A stretch of DNA of 64,000 bases from Heteronotia binoei (GCF_032191835.1 NC_083228.1:40238001-40302000); one strand, 5' to 3'. Counted from the stretch's first letter, positions 10,122-21,761 are shown. Made by a program: numbers and translations. The notes: generated by a model not told the origin, from the sequence alone.

Positions 10122-11719
10122 ACCTGCCACCAGCATTTAACACAGCCCTTGCTGGCCAACCTTCTCTGAGGTTCACTGCTGGGAAGGATGCAGAAGGGAG
10201 ACAAATTCAGACTCCTCCCCAGGTTGGGTTGCCGCGTGCATTTGTTGCTATTGTTTAGTGGTTGTGCTTATGTGCCCTTAATAGTTGCACTCTACAAGTC
10301 CAAAGGCAGGAACTTTTCTCATTGCTGCATTTGCAAGAGGTGGGCATTTCTCCTCTTAATTTTCTCCAGTCAGGCAGAGGTTCATTCAAAAATTTCCACA
10401 ACCTCCAATACTGATTTGTTTTTTTGTGTTTCTATCCTACCCTGCCCTACAAGGAGCAAAAGAGCACAGACTCCCAGCACACCATCAGATGAAGTCTCCT
10501 GAGAACATGACACTTGAAGAAAGTTTATAGAATTTTATCTGGTACCCATTTTGTTAGATTATACACTCTCCAAAGCAGTTAATCCTTTTGCTGACACTAC
10601 TTTTTATGACTAGATGTTAGAATGAAAATCTTGGGGTCTTCTGATATTTCAACAGTAGGATGTACTACTGACCTATCTGAGATTGGAGGCAATATTTTTC
10701 TCCTCCAAATGCCCATAAAAAGATAAGCCTATGCAGGGCAGCCCAGTGGGGCACCTGCTACTAATTCCCCTTGTGCTCGCCAAGCTTGTCAGAAAGTGGG
10801 TGGGGACAATGAAGTTGGCCTCTCTTGCTGAAGTTTTCCATCTTTAAGCTGTTTAGACTGAGTAGATCTTACAGGCCCAGCACTCTAGCTTTGGGATTGT
10901 TACCCTTTAATCGACAGCACTATCTGCTTTTAATCTATATTGCTCTTAACTGTTTAAATTATTGAATTATTCAATTGTTGTTTTACTGTTTGTATTCTCT
11001 TGTTGTGATCCAGCCTTGCGGTGAAACAAATAAAATTGTAAGGCAGGGCTTTTCATTGGCTGCCCTCATTCAAACAGAAGGGGTTTCTGCAGTTGCAACA
11101 GCAGCCACAGTCAAGAGAGTACCAGGGTGCCTGGTAAGAATCAGTCCAGCTTTCCTTCCTCAGGGTGTGGCTCCATTCCAGGTCTGACTTCTTGTTGCTA
11201 TGAGCTTCTTTTGCAATACAGAGAGGGGGCTTTGGTCTAGTCTTACAGTCGAGGGAGGCAGGCTATTCCAAGAGGGAAGATGCGTTCAGGAATAGAAGCA
11301 CATTCCTTTTTCAGGCTCTCTCTTCTCCCCTCCCAGGAGCTGGACTATTTTTCCAACCAAAGTACAGTTAATACTAACCCTGAAAACACAATGGCCAGAC
11401 TCTGGATGTGGCAGCTGTATGCAATTCTTTTGTAAAAGGAGGAAGGAAGTTTTCCTTTTGGTTCCTCCTCCTGCTACAGCTATTAGGGATTTGGCCCCAC
11501 CTCATATAGCAGCCATTTTGGGATGGCACTTGCTGCCTCCTTTCAAAATTCCAAAGGTACCCACAGGCCCAAAAAGGCCAGGGACTCCTGATCCTCAGGT
11601 TTTGTTAGTCCTGACAAACTCCATGTATTTCAGTTCTTTATAAGCTATCAGATAGGGCATCAAAATGGCTCCAGTACTGGCAATTTGTTGTGGTTGCAAT
11701 AATGGATACTATTTAGAGT

Positions 11720-12070
11720 TCTATGGATATTATTTTATTCCTCATGAGAGTGATCTTTTCAATGTGAAATAAATCCATCAGGCTGAAATAAATCTTCTGG
11801 TTAAGGAGATATATAACTTTACGAATTCCTTTTCAGATTATCTTACATTATTTTCCCACAAGTTGACACCCAAGAACTTCTTGTAAACTAATTGGGGAAA
11901 CCATCCATCCCAGGAGATTTGTTGTTTGGCTGTCTTGTTGTGCCTTTTAGTTCCTCTGTGTTCCTCTTCTACATTTAACCTTTGACCAAAGTGTAGACCA
12001 CAGCAAAATTTATTTAAAATTGGATTTTCTGGTAAGTCCAAATCAAAGTATCACTGTCTTCAGATTCATT
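11720..12070 (-). mobile_element. Degraded L1-clade reverse transcriptase fragment
   Basis: The minus strand reads NKSPGMDGFPN*F..KKF, resembling the L1 KSPGPDGF..EFYK motif, with a stop and a frameshift. Confidence 0.5.
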
Positions 12071-12427
12071 TCTTACTGTTGAATCATTTTCAGCCTTAAC
12101 ATTAGATATGGTTTGTTTAGAAGGTAGTTGCCAGCTAGGAGGCAATCAGTTGTATTCCCTTTATTGCAATACTTAAGTTTTAAACCCATTTCAGCTTCAG
12201 TGACAGTAGGATACTTTTTTGTGTAAATCTTACCAGAGTTGTTGTTTTCTGTAGAACACCTGCCATCAAGATAGTGTGTGCACCAGCTCTTATGGTGCAG
12301 TCTTAAATACAGTTATAAACTTCCAAGTCCAATGGATGTAGAAGGATGTGATTCTGCTTTAAAATGGTCCCTTTTAGCCACGTGTGGGAAACAGAAGGTT
12401 TTCTGAATCCCATACTCCAAGTCAGTT

Positions 12428-12682
12428 ATCAGTTTGGTGCAGTGGTTAAGTGTGTGGACTCTTATCTGGGAGAACTGGGTTTGATTCCCCTCCACTTACA
12501 GCTGCTGGAATGGCCTTGAGTCAGCCATAGCTCTCACAGAGTTGTCCTTGAAAGGGAGTTCTCTCAGCCTCACCCACCTCACAGGGTGGTCTGTTGTGGG
12601 AGAGGAAGGTAAAGGAGATTGTGAGCCACTCTGAGATTCAGAGCGAAGGATGGGATATAAATCCAATATCATCATCATCTTC
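12428..12682 (+). mobile_element. Squam3-like tRNA-derived SINE
   Basis: A box cagtttggtgcagtggttaag, B box gggtttgattcccc, body gagttgtccttgaaaggg, and an L2-like 3' end gggatataaatccaat(atc)n. Confidence 0.85.
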
Positions 12683-13959
12683 AATTCTGGCAGACATCAA
12701 TAATAAAGACTAAGCACAACAATGCCTTACCAACATTTATTTCTGATAGACCCTTTTCCCCACAAAGGGATTTTACCTGTAACTAAATTTGCTACAGAAG
12801 TTACCCTGAATGCAGATTGCTAATCCTTTTACCACTAGCAGCATGGTGGTTGGGACAGTACAGTTTAAACATACAACACTACCATACAACATCTGATGGA
12901 CCTCCTGGTATAGACATTCTAAGGAAGAAGAAGAAGAGGCAGAGAGTGAAGTGCGAGGGCCCCTCCGAAGTGCTGCAGCTGAAAGCTGATGTTCACTGAG
13001 GTGATAAACCCTGTGAGCTGTACCACTGACATTAGAACTAAGGTCATAGTGACTGAAGGCTCCTCATTCCAAGATCTACTGCACATAGAAATTTAGTACA
13101 TTAGAGAACAGACTGGCTTTCTCCCTAAATGTTCTATGCACAGGGATGGATGGGGTAGGAGGGCATGGGTATGGCAGAACATTCAAGCATGTGAGCCCCC
13201 ATTTGCAAGCCAAATAAGTATAAGACACTAACTTATCACCTCTGTGAGAATTAGGCTTGAGACAAGACTGTTTTTCTTGCTGTCATGGAAATCCTAGAAT
13301 TAATGCAACAGTTCTGAACCAGGTACACATTTCGATTTTTTTTTAAAAAAATCATCATCAATTTCTGAGCCACAATTCACAGTCTGATTCTCTTCCTCTA
13401 CATGGCACAATACTCCTGGCACCTTAGACAAGTCATAGTCACTTGAATTAGACATCTGGCAGGACCACTGAACCAAATCCAGTCCTTAGATCCAAAGCAA
13501 GATCATACCTACTCAGACACTGCTAACAGAATAGACCCCATGATTCTTATTATATGTTTCCACATATAGCATTCCTCTTACACAAGATCATTCGTTTCTG
13601 CTTGCAGAGCAGGCCTCGACATACCCTAAACATACCTTCTCCCAGTGGTGTTTTGCTCAGCAACAGGCAGGGGTCATGATGAGAGGCCTTGGCCCAACTT
13701 CTTTCATAGACTCCAGAGATACCCCCTTTGGTCTAATTGACTTTGTGGATGGCATTCCTCCCCAAAGGCATCTGCTCACCAATTAAAGCAATCTACAGTC
13801 CACATGTGTAATTATGTGGAACTGATTTAAACATAAACAGAGTTTTGTGGTAAGCTCAGTTTCAGAGGGCAGCCATGTTAGCCTACAGTAGAACAGTTAG
13901 ATTGGAGTCCAGTTGCACCATAGAAACCAGCAAGAGTTTCAGGGTATAAGCTTTTAAGA

Positions 13960-14091
13960 GTGATCACACACACTAAATAATGCACTTTCAATCCACTTTC
14001 AAGGCACTGTCCAACAAGATTTTATTATATGAGTTGGGAAAATCCTTTTGTAAAGTGCATTGAAAGTGCATTATTTAGTGTGTGTGATCAC
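13960..14091. mobile_element. Palindromic MITE with perfect 33-bp terminal inverted repeats
   Basis: gtgatcacacacactaaataatgcactttcaat (13960-13992) has its exact reverse complement at 14059-14091. Confidence 0.9.
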
Positions 14092-14301
14092 AGACAAATT
14101 CCTTTTGTCCATGAAAGCTTAGATTGGATTTTCTTTACATGCATTTGTCCTCAGGGTGCCACAAGGCTTATTTGTGCCAAACAGGCTAACTACTCATCTG
14201 AAATTTAATCAAATACATCTATTGTTATGGAATTGTTCTATGGAGAGAGCTGCTAGTGAATTCAGCAAGGCAGCCTTATTCTTTCGGTTAATATTTTTGT
14301 G

Positions 14302-15197
14302 GGTGACTAGAGAGCAGATTGGGCGCAAGACTGACTGAATACAGTCTTAAGGGTTGGCTCGTGCCTGTGCATTCATCACTTGATGGCAGAAGTATCAAGC
14401 AATGAGTTGCCTATGTTAATCAGTCACTATTCAAAATTATGTACAACCTCATATCTCCTTGAGATCTATGTTTGCCAATGGAATTGACTCACATATTCAG
14501 CAATAAGAGAGAAGCATACATGATGTGTAAACCAGATATAAGAATCTTCCCCACATGATTGCTCTCCCTCACAGTTTCTCAGAATCAGATAACTTACATA
14601 TCTACATTTTGTGATGTGGGATTTGGCTAGGGATCCTGGAGGGTCCCCCCACCCCAGTCTTCTGGGCATGGAGCAGGGGTCACTGGGGTTGTATGGGGGG
14701 GCGGGGGGAGGTATTTGTGAATTCCCTGCATTGTGCTGAGGGTTGAACTAGATTACCCTGGAGGTCCTTTCCAACTCTATGATTCTATGAAATTTAAGGT
14801 CAACCCAAACCAGTGCAACCCAGCAGATGAGTTAGCTACCATGCAAAATTCACTTTCTCCCTTTTTAATACAACTCCTCAGTTATGCTGATTACCTTTTA
14901 AGAAGTGTTACATGACATACACAAGAACTAGATCTTAAGAAGTAGAAATCAAAGCCTTCCTTTCATTTGCTGTCCCTTTGAAGCTTACACTCTGTTCTGG
15001 GTTCACAGAGATCTTTACTATGAAGCATACCCTCAGACCATGGAAATCATGGATTGGTATGCCAGTATATCCTTACATTTTCATCCATGATGGTGACTAG
15101 AGAGCAGACTGGGTGCAAGACTGACTGAATACAGTCTTAAGGGCCAGCTCTTGCCTGCGCATTCATCATTTGATGGCAAGCAGTATCCAGCAATGAG
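14302..15197 (+). repeat. ~105-bp direct repeat pair (14302-14406 and 15092-15197)
   Basis: Both copies read ggtgactagagagcaga.tggg.gcaagactgactgaatacagtcttaaggg..., at an offset of 790 bp. Confidence 0.9.
14620..14790 (+). mobile_element. CR1 LINE 3' end
   Basis: Terminal gggttgaactagattaccctggaggtcctttccaactctatgattctatga, the typical CR1 tail. Confidence 0.8.
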
Positions 15198-15589
15198 ATA
15201 GTGTACCCATTCTATAGACAGCTGGCTCATTTCTGTTCCTTCGTAAAAACCAGCAGCAGTAGGATTCCTTTTGAAACATCTAACCATGAAGTAGAACTTC
15301 CCTTAGCCCGGTTACAAGGTAGTATGACACATGCATTAAATTAACACAAAGTGCAACTGATTATTACAGCAGGGGTTCTCACCGTGGAGTCACGTCTCTA
15401 AATGTGCATGGATTTTAATAGGCCGTTAAGGACCAAGGACAGGGACCTAGGCCTTTTCTCCTCCCACACTCAACAGACAGAAAGGAGGGCCTTATGCCTG
15501 CAGGGATCTAGTATGGTCCCAAATGTTTGCTCTGCAATGGTCCTATATTGAAGATTATAGACACACACAGTTGAGATTACAAATGGTGT

Positions 15590-15988
15590 TCAAGTGTCTG
15601 CATTGTTGGGCTCACCACTTTCTCTCCCAGGCTTCAGGGGATGAAAATAGAGCTGCAGACCATCCACGGGGTGCACAATCGGCACCGTTTGCATCTTGGG
15701 GAAGTGAGGGGTGGCTAGCTCCCAGCGGGCCGTGCTGACCAGCTCAATGGCAAGCAGCTTGAGGATGACCTGGGCCAGTTCCTTGCCAATGCAGTTCCGG
15801 ACTCCCCCGCCAAAGGGGATATAGTGGAAGCGGACAGAGCCAGCTGCTTTGTGTTCCTCACCCTCTTCCTGGGGTACCCAAAAGCGCTCAGGATCAAATG
15901 TATCTGGGGAACTTTGATAGATGCTGGCAGTCTCGTGTGTGTCCCGGATACTGTACATAACACTCCATCCTTTGGGGATCTGGTAGCC
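15590..15988 (-). CDS. CYP26C1: CYP26C1 coding exon 6 (132 aa + stop; PERF and heme-binding FGGGVRNCIG)
   Basis: ctgtag|GGC acceptor, then GYQIPKGWSVMYSIRDTHET. P450 signature FxxGxRxCxG with the axial Cys. TGA at 15592-15590. Confidence 0.97.
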   Translation of the reverse strand, partial: GYQIPKGWSVMYSIRDTHETASIYQSSPDTFDPERFWVPQEEGEEHKAAGSVRFHYIPFGGGVRNCIGKELAQVILKLLAIELVSTARWELATPHFPKMQTVPIVHPVDGLQLYFHPLKPGRESGEPNNADT

Positions 15989-16521
15989 CTACAGGAAGGA
16001 AAGAAAAGGAAATCAGCATTGGAGACGGTGGGAGGGGGACCTGCTGAGAACACTCACCACCATTTGAGCTGCCAAGTCCTTATATTTGAGCTGCAACTCT
16101 CAAGCCCCACAGATGTTAGTAGGTGGCTGATATTTCAGAGATTTATGGATCAGAGTTGAAGGACTCTTACCCTGAAAGTTAAGTTGTTTAATGTAGTGGT
16201 CCAAGTAAGGAGGAGTAGAGGATAGATAATAGATTTTGGAAGAACAGTTTTAAAAGTAAGGAAACTGCGGCAAAGTTCCTTCAGGCAGCCCTTCTTATAT
16301 GTAGTACTATAGTAAACTAAGCTATTTTATAATTATTTAATTCATAACTTTTAAAGATTGGAACTGAAAGATGGAATATGTTTTTTTTTACATATGTATG
16401 CTTTATTTCAGCATTTTCTTTTATCCTATACTTTTCTACACTAACAGTTTTATAATGCCAATAAAGGAAATTGCTATGCATAAGTAAGGATGCTGGCACT
16501 ATCATTCACATCATTTGATAC

Positions 16522-16654
16522 NNNNNNNNNNNNNNNNNNNNNNNNNNNNNNNNNNNNNNNNNNNNNNNNNNNNNNNNNNNNNNNNNNNNNNNNNNNNNNN
16601 NNNNNNNNNNNNNNNNNNNNNNNNNNNNNNNNNNNNNNNNNNNNNNNNNNNNNN
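16522..16654. other. Assembly gap (133 N) in CYP26C1 intron 5
   Basis: Run of N. The flanking exons join in frame, so no coding exon needs to be hidden here. Confidence 1.
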
Positions 16655-17282
16655 GAGCCACTGTCCAAGAAGCAAGCTCTTATAAAAATGTATCCGTTCA
16701 TTGTAACCATCTTTTTCTATCCTGCTGACTTCCTAATAAAATATGCTCTGATACAGAAAACTAAGTGACCTATCTACAACTAAGTGCTTTATAATTCCCC
16801 ATCAATTGGACCATAACCTTTGTCCTGCCACAACAGTTAATATAAGTTAAATAGTTGGTCAGAGGTCTTTAATTTTTCCAGACCGGAGACTTTCCTTTGG
16901 CTCCAGCATGCACTCCAAGACATAGCAGAAAGTCACATGACATCACTACCATGTGACACGAAGAGGAGGAGTCAATGTGTTTGAACTTGCCTGTGCTAAT
17001 TAGTCATCCTCTTCACCACTGAATTATCTAATCTTGCTGTGCATGGGCAAACAGAGGTACAATGGATGGCACTCTTGCTCTCTACACATGTTCTAGCAGC
17101 AAATAGCTGCCCCAGAAAGGCGGGTGGGGTGCTGCACTGCACCCAAAAGTCCTGACCCAAGGGTTGAAGACCTTGTCTGGCTGTAACCCTGCTCTAATTA
17201 GCAATAGGTCTGAGCAGAGACACTTTGGTGACTAGATAATGTATTAAAACTGAACCCTACCAATGTGAGAGTCAATGCCGGG

Positions 17283-17410
17283 TAGTGCTTAGACTAGGAT
17301 ATGGGAGACTCAAGTTTGATTCCCACTTGGACACAGAAGCTTGCTGGGTAACCTTGGACCAGTCACACTCTCAGGCCTACCTACCTCACAGGGTTGTTGT
17401 GAGGAACTCT
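17283..17410 (+). mobile_element. Older tRNA-derived SINE
   Basis: B box caagtttgattcccac and core gggtaaccttggaccagtcacactctc...cctacctcacagggttgttgtgagga. Confidence 0.7.
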
Positions 17411-17823
17411 GGAGTCCCTTCCTTACTCAATGGCTTATTGACATTTGACAGGGCTTTTTCTGAGCACCTTTCTGTTCACAAAGCTATGCTAAACAGTTAT
17501 GTGCAACTGAGAGGGCCCCCATTCACTACCATGCCTCCCTTGTTCCACTCCCATGGATTGCACTCAGTTGCCCACTGCCCCTCACAAGGGTGTGCCCACT
17601 GGGTCTTTTGCGTGCCCCCAATGGCAACTAGGATCCCTCACTGTCATAACTCACTCCCCCCCACCACCAAAACTCTGAAGCAAGAGAAACTCATGGGCCA
17701 CAGTACCTCTGGGAACTCCCTTCCCATCAGCCGCAGCAGCAAAAGTGCTTCTGATACCCCTACAGAATGGTGAGGATGGGTCTTGTGCAATCTAGCCCAA
17801 GCCCACCCTACACTTTCCACACA

Positions 17824-17969
17824 CAGGGCCAGCCCTGCAATTGCCTAGGCCGCCAGCCTTCTGGGGGCACCAAATTGGGCACCCTCCATGTGACTTGGTG
17901 ACGTTATCAGTGTGTGTGGGGGGGGCAGAAGTTAGCCTTGCTTAGGGTGCCAGTCTACGGCTGGCCCTG
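17824..17969 (+). mobile_element. hAT-type MITE in CYP26C1 intron 5
   Basis: Perfect 11-bp TIRs cagggccagcc / ggctggccctg. The flanks tccacaca / tctgcgca are consistent with a CpG-decayed 8-bp TSD. Confidence 0.8.
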
Positions 17970-18018
17970 TCTGCGCAGATCTACAAAAGGAATCTTTGCC
18001 AAAAGACCTGTAACTCAC

Positions 18019-18480
18019 ATCCAACTCAAAAGTCTGCAGGGCTGTCCTGTAGCCTCCAGACACCGGGGGCAGCAAACGGAGCACTTCCTTGATAACACAG
18101 TCCAGGTAGCGCAAGCGGCACATCTTCTCCAGGGTCAGGGAAGACTGGCAATCGCACTCAGGTCTCATGTGAGGCAAGGGAGAAGCTCTCCCCTCCCCTC
18201 TTGGGTCTGTCCCTGCTTTCCATCCCAGCCTGGGTGGAAGAGGTGCCTCAGAGTCCTTGTGTTGAACCTCTTGTTCACTGACTGTCTTTCGGCAGGCCTG
18301 TTGGCTTGTTGGAGATCGTCCCGTGATGAAGCAACAGCACTGCCTGGGGAGGTCATGGGATGCCAGCTCTTGCTGGATCTTTTTGATAGCCCAGGGGTGT
18401 TTAAGGAGAAGGAGAATCAGAGAAGTGCTGGCACTGGCCGTCGTGAAGAAAGCCGCAAATATCAGCTCGATTGCAGACTC
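18019..18480 (-). CDS. CYP26C1: CYP26C1 coding exon 5 (154 aa; I-helix AAFFTTASAS, K-helix EVLR)
   Basis: ttgcag|GAG acceptor and GAT|gtgagt donor. The FAAFFTTASAST I-helix is the CYP26C1 form (CYP26B1 has AAYATT, from recall). ExxR motif present. Confidence 0.96.
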
Positions 18481-18671
18481 CTGCAAGGCAAGGCACCAAG
18501 AGACATCTGTGAAAGTGCTTTTTTTCATGCAATGTGCTTATTCATATTTAATGACTCCAGTCCCATACTGTTTTCCTTCATTGCTCAAAGCAACAGAACT
18601 CATTTGTGTTTTCAATTCAAGATCCTTTTTAATTTTTTTTTTAATTTTTGTATTTATATATGCATTTGCAC

Positions 18672-18843
18672 TACGGCTGGCCCTAGATTGTCTAGGATCC
18701 TAGACAAGGCACACAACTTCTGGCACACACAGCCCCCACGCTGATATCATCACCAAGTCACATGGGGGCACCCAATTCGGCACCCCCGGAAGGCTGGTGC
18801 CCTAGGTAATCACCTAGTTTGCCTAATGGCAGGGTCAGCCCTG
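18672..18843 (-). mobile_element. Same MITE family in CYP26C1 intron 4, inverted relative to 17824-17969
   Basis: Its reverse complement aligns to the intron-5 copy at ~84% over a ~62-bp core (catgtgacttggtga etc.). Confidence 0.8.
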
Positions 18844-18844
18844 A

Positions 18845-19050
18845 GTGTGTGTTTGTGTGCACCTGGAAGTCATTGTGACCTCTGCGGGACTGGAGGATAT
18901 TCAGAGATGTGGCTGAATAAAGCCTGCCCCTGCCTCCTGACTGCTGGTATTCCACGAAGGTCTCCCATCCAAGTACTTGCCAGAGTCAGCTCTGCTCAGC
19001 TTCCAAGGCCTGATAAGATCAGGCTTGCTTGGGCATGTCAGAGCCAACTC
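18845..19050 (-). mobile_element. 5S rRNA-derived SINE
   Basis: Reverse complement of the 5S head (ggtctcccatccaagtact...agcttcc...gatcaggcttgc) with a (CA)n tail. Confidence 0.7.
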
Positions 19051-20587
19051 AAGATCCTGGATAGAACTTCAGATTGCAATGTAACATCATGAGAATTTGG
19101 GGAGGATGCACCAAAGACTGCAGATGAGGATCAATGTACAATGGGAAATTCAAGGGAGAACATAGCTGAGGTTTGAGTTTGAGACCAGAGCTGTGACTCA
19201 ACATAATATAGCTGCTGTTGGATTACTACTGCAGCTGTAAATTCTTCACTGCAGCATGAACTGACCTAGTTGAGCCACTTGGCTACAGTTCTGCCTTATC
19301 CAGAAAAAATAAATGTTCCAAAAGGGAAAGACACTTGTTAGTTGCAAGAAATCCAAAGAATTTATTAATCCATTTCCAGGCAGGCTTCTGTTATTCTTAG
19401 CCAGAGAATATCATTGGAACTCTGATACCAGACAGGTTGACTCTCTAGGAAAAACCAGTGCCTCCCTTATTTATTTATTCCGTATAAGTAAAGAAATGTT
19501 CTGAGTTAGCCATGTGGTTTTTCAGCAACCCCCTCAAGTACTTCAGTGAAATTTCCAGTTGGACATGTACAGAATCATCACCAGGAAAGAAAAAAGGGCA
19601 GCTGTCCAGCAGAAGGTAGTTGAAGCTTAGAAAGCAAAGCAAAATGGGTGTAGACACATACAATCGCAATACCCACAGAAAATTGAAAATCTTACTGGCT
19701 TTGGCTCTGAAACTCTTATAATGCTCTAAAGATTGGCTTATTTAATTCCTTTCCCAATGGCATTCAGAGTTGTCCTTGGCTTTGTTGAGATATGCACAGA
19801 CTCCTTTAGAGAAGTCACAACACATTGCTGATCCACAGGCCTCATATACATATTTCATTATCTGAACTCCTTTTCCTTCTTCCTGGCTTATGTCATATGA
19901 AGACTTGCAAGCTGTAACCCTCTTAAAATCCCACTCATGGTTCTGGTTAATATTGGGATTCTGGAAGCTTTTATTCTTGACCATTCAATTGGATTTCAAT
20001 TGGAGTATTGTATAATCCAAGTGAATGCCAATCAAACAACCTTTTTTCCCCTGGCTTTCATACAGCATTATCACTCTGATGTGGTTTTGTGGTTGGGTCT
20101 GGCAAAAGAGGCATCCTATTATTGCAAGTTAACAGGGGAAGGAACATGGATTGTTAACAGGGGACGTTAACATGGATTGCAGCCAAAGTTGCTTCCCTAA
20201 CTGTGCTTAGACCTGACCTACCTGAAATGGACTGCGTGTCCAATTGCATATTTAAAAGAAAATAGATTTTCTTCAAGGCTATTTGCTGCTGTTGTGCCGT
20301 ATTCATTTCAAAAAGAGAATCCAAGGCAATAAAACCGGCATGATTTCTGTTCAACACATTTAGAAGTGTGGTGGGAAATGGAACAGAATAAACAATCCCA
20401 CTCTGAACTACTGGCAACAAATATCCGAACTCCTAGCCCTGGATTCAACTCAAGACATAAGCAGGAGGTCAGTCAATTTATAGCTGAACATCAAATCTAT
20501 TGCCTGGAAGTTTGCCACAGACACACAATCTTCTTCTCCACTGATTAAACTAAAAGGAATACCATTCTAGTCTTCAACATGTCTCAC

Positions 20588-20925
20588 TGGGGCCATGGCT
20601 CTGAGGCAGAGCATCTGCCTTGCATACAGAAGGTCACAGGTTCAATACCCAGCACTGCCAGCTAAAAGGCTCAAATAGCAGGTGATAGGTAAGACCCTGG
20701 AGAGCAACCAGTTGGAGCATTATTGTTATTTCTATAGTATAGTAGATAATGTTGACCTTGGACAGACTGACTACAAATCAGCTTCATGGCTGCACACACT
20801 CCAAGATGCCTGTATAATTAACTGAAGTAGATTATTGATGATACTGCTGATTGACAGAATTTAGTAGACAGTATTGACTTTGATGGGCCAATGGTCTTGA
20901 TTCAGTATAAAGCAGCTTCATGTTT
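20588..20925 (+). mobile_element. tRNA(Ala)-like SINE with duplicated tail
   Basis: Head gagcatctgccttgcatacagaaggtcacaggttcaatacccagc, with repeated agtaga..a..tgac..tg tail segments. Confidence 0.65.
20631..20644 (+). promoter_or_regulatory. Perfect DR2 element AGGTCA-ca-GGTTCA inside a tRNA-derived SINE, CYP26C1 intron 4
   Basis: Consensus DR2 overlapping the SINE B-box region. Confidence 0.45.
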
Positions 20926-20951
20926 TAATGACAATTTGGATCTATCTAAGA

Positions 20952-21229
20952 GAAGCCTCAAGGCACAAAGTGTTAAAGCTGCAGTCCAAGCTCTCTGCTC
21001 ACAACCTGAGTTCTATCTGGGGGAAGCTAGGTTCAGGTAGCCGGCTCATGGTTGACTCAGCCTTCCATCCTTCTGAGCTCAATAAAATGAGTACCCAGCT
21101 TGCTGGGGGGGAAGTGTAGATGACGGGGGAGGCAATGGCAAACCGCCCCACAAAAAGTCTGCCGTGAAAACGTCATGATGCGATGTTGGATATGACTGGT
21201 GCTTGCACAGAGGACTACCTTTACCTTTA
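20952..21229 (+). mobile_element. Sauria SINE
   Basis: caggtagccggctcatggttgactcagccttccatcc...ggcaatggcaaacc (BovB-like tail)...actacctttaccttt. Confidence 0.85.
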
Positions 21230-21761
21230 AGAGAAGCCTTATACTACTGGCAATGCAGTGAACAACATTATTTTTCCTCCTGATTCTTGCTCTCAGCATC
21301 CACGAGATTCCTTGTCACAACTTTCCTACTCTGATTCTTGAGGATTCTTGACCTCCCAGAGGCCGAGTTATGATTTAAATATGATACTAGTATATTATCT
21401 GTTATCCCAAAATGATCATGATGTTATAATAGAGTTCTAATGTTGCTTGTGTTAAAAGCACAAGGTGAATTCCGGAGATGAACATATGACCCTGCTAAGC
21501 TTCAGAGATCTTACGAGATTGGACTTGCCTGGACTGTCCAGCTCAGGGGAGGCACTCCATGACTAGCTGAAATTCAACATGGGGAGACCAAGGACCACCC
21601 TTAGGTAGGCTGGAAAGGATCCTGACATACATTCATAGTTCAGAGCATGCAGAGCAGACTGGAAGGAGAATGGGAGAGCTGGAATAGGCTGCAAATCCCT
21701 GCACATGGTCAGGGGCACTTTTATGACTTCTACACTACTTATGGTCTGAAGCAAGGGTTAC

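Noticed and set aside
12428-12500. tRNA genes (also at 20.6, 32.9 and 42.6 kb)
   Set aside because: A/B boxes are present but there is no cloverleaf; these are SINE heads.
1-15500. CYP26A1 coding exons, expected from synteny
   Set aside because: No PPGTMG.PFFGETL or other CYP26A1 peptide was found in any frame; the gene presumably starts left of position 1.
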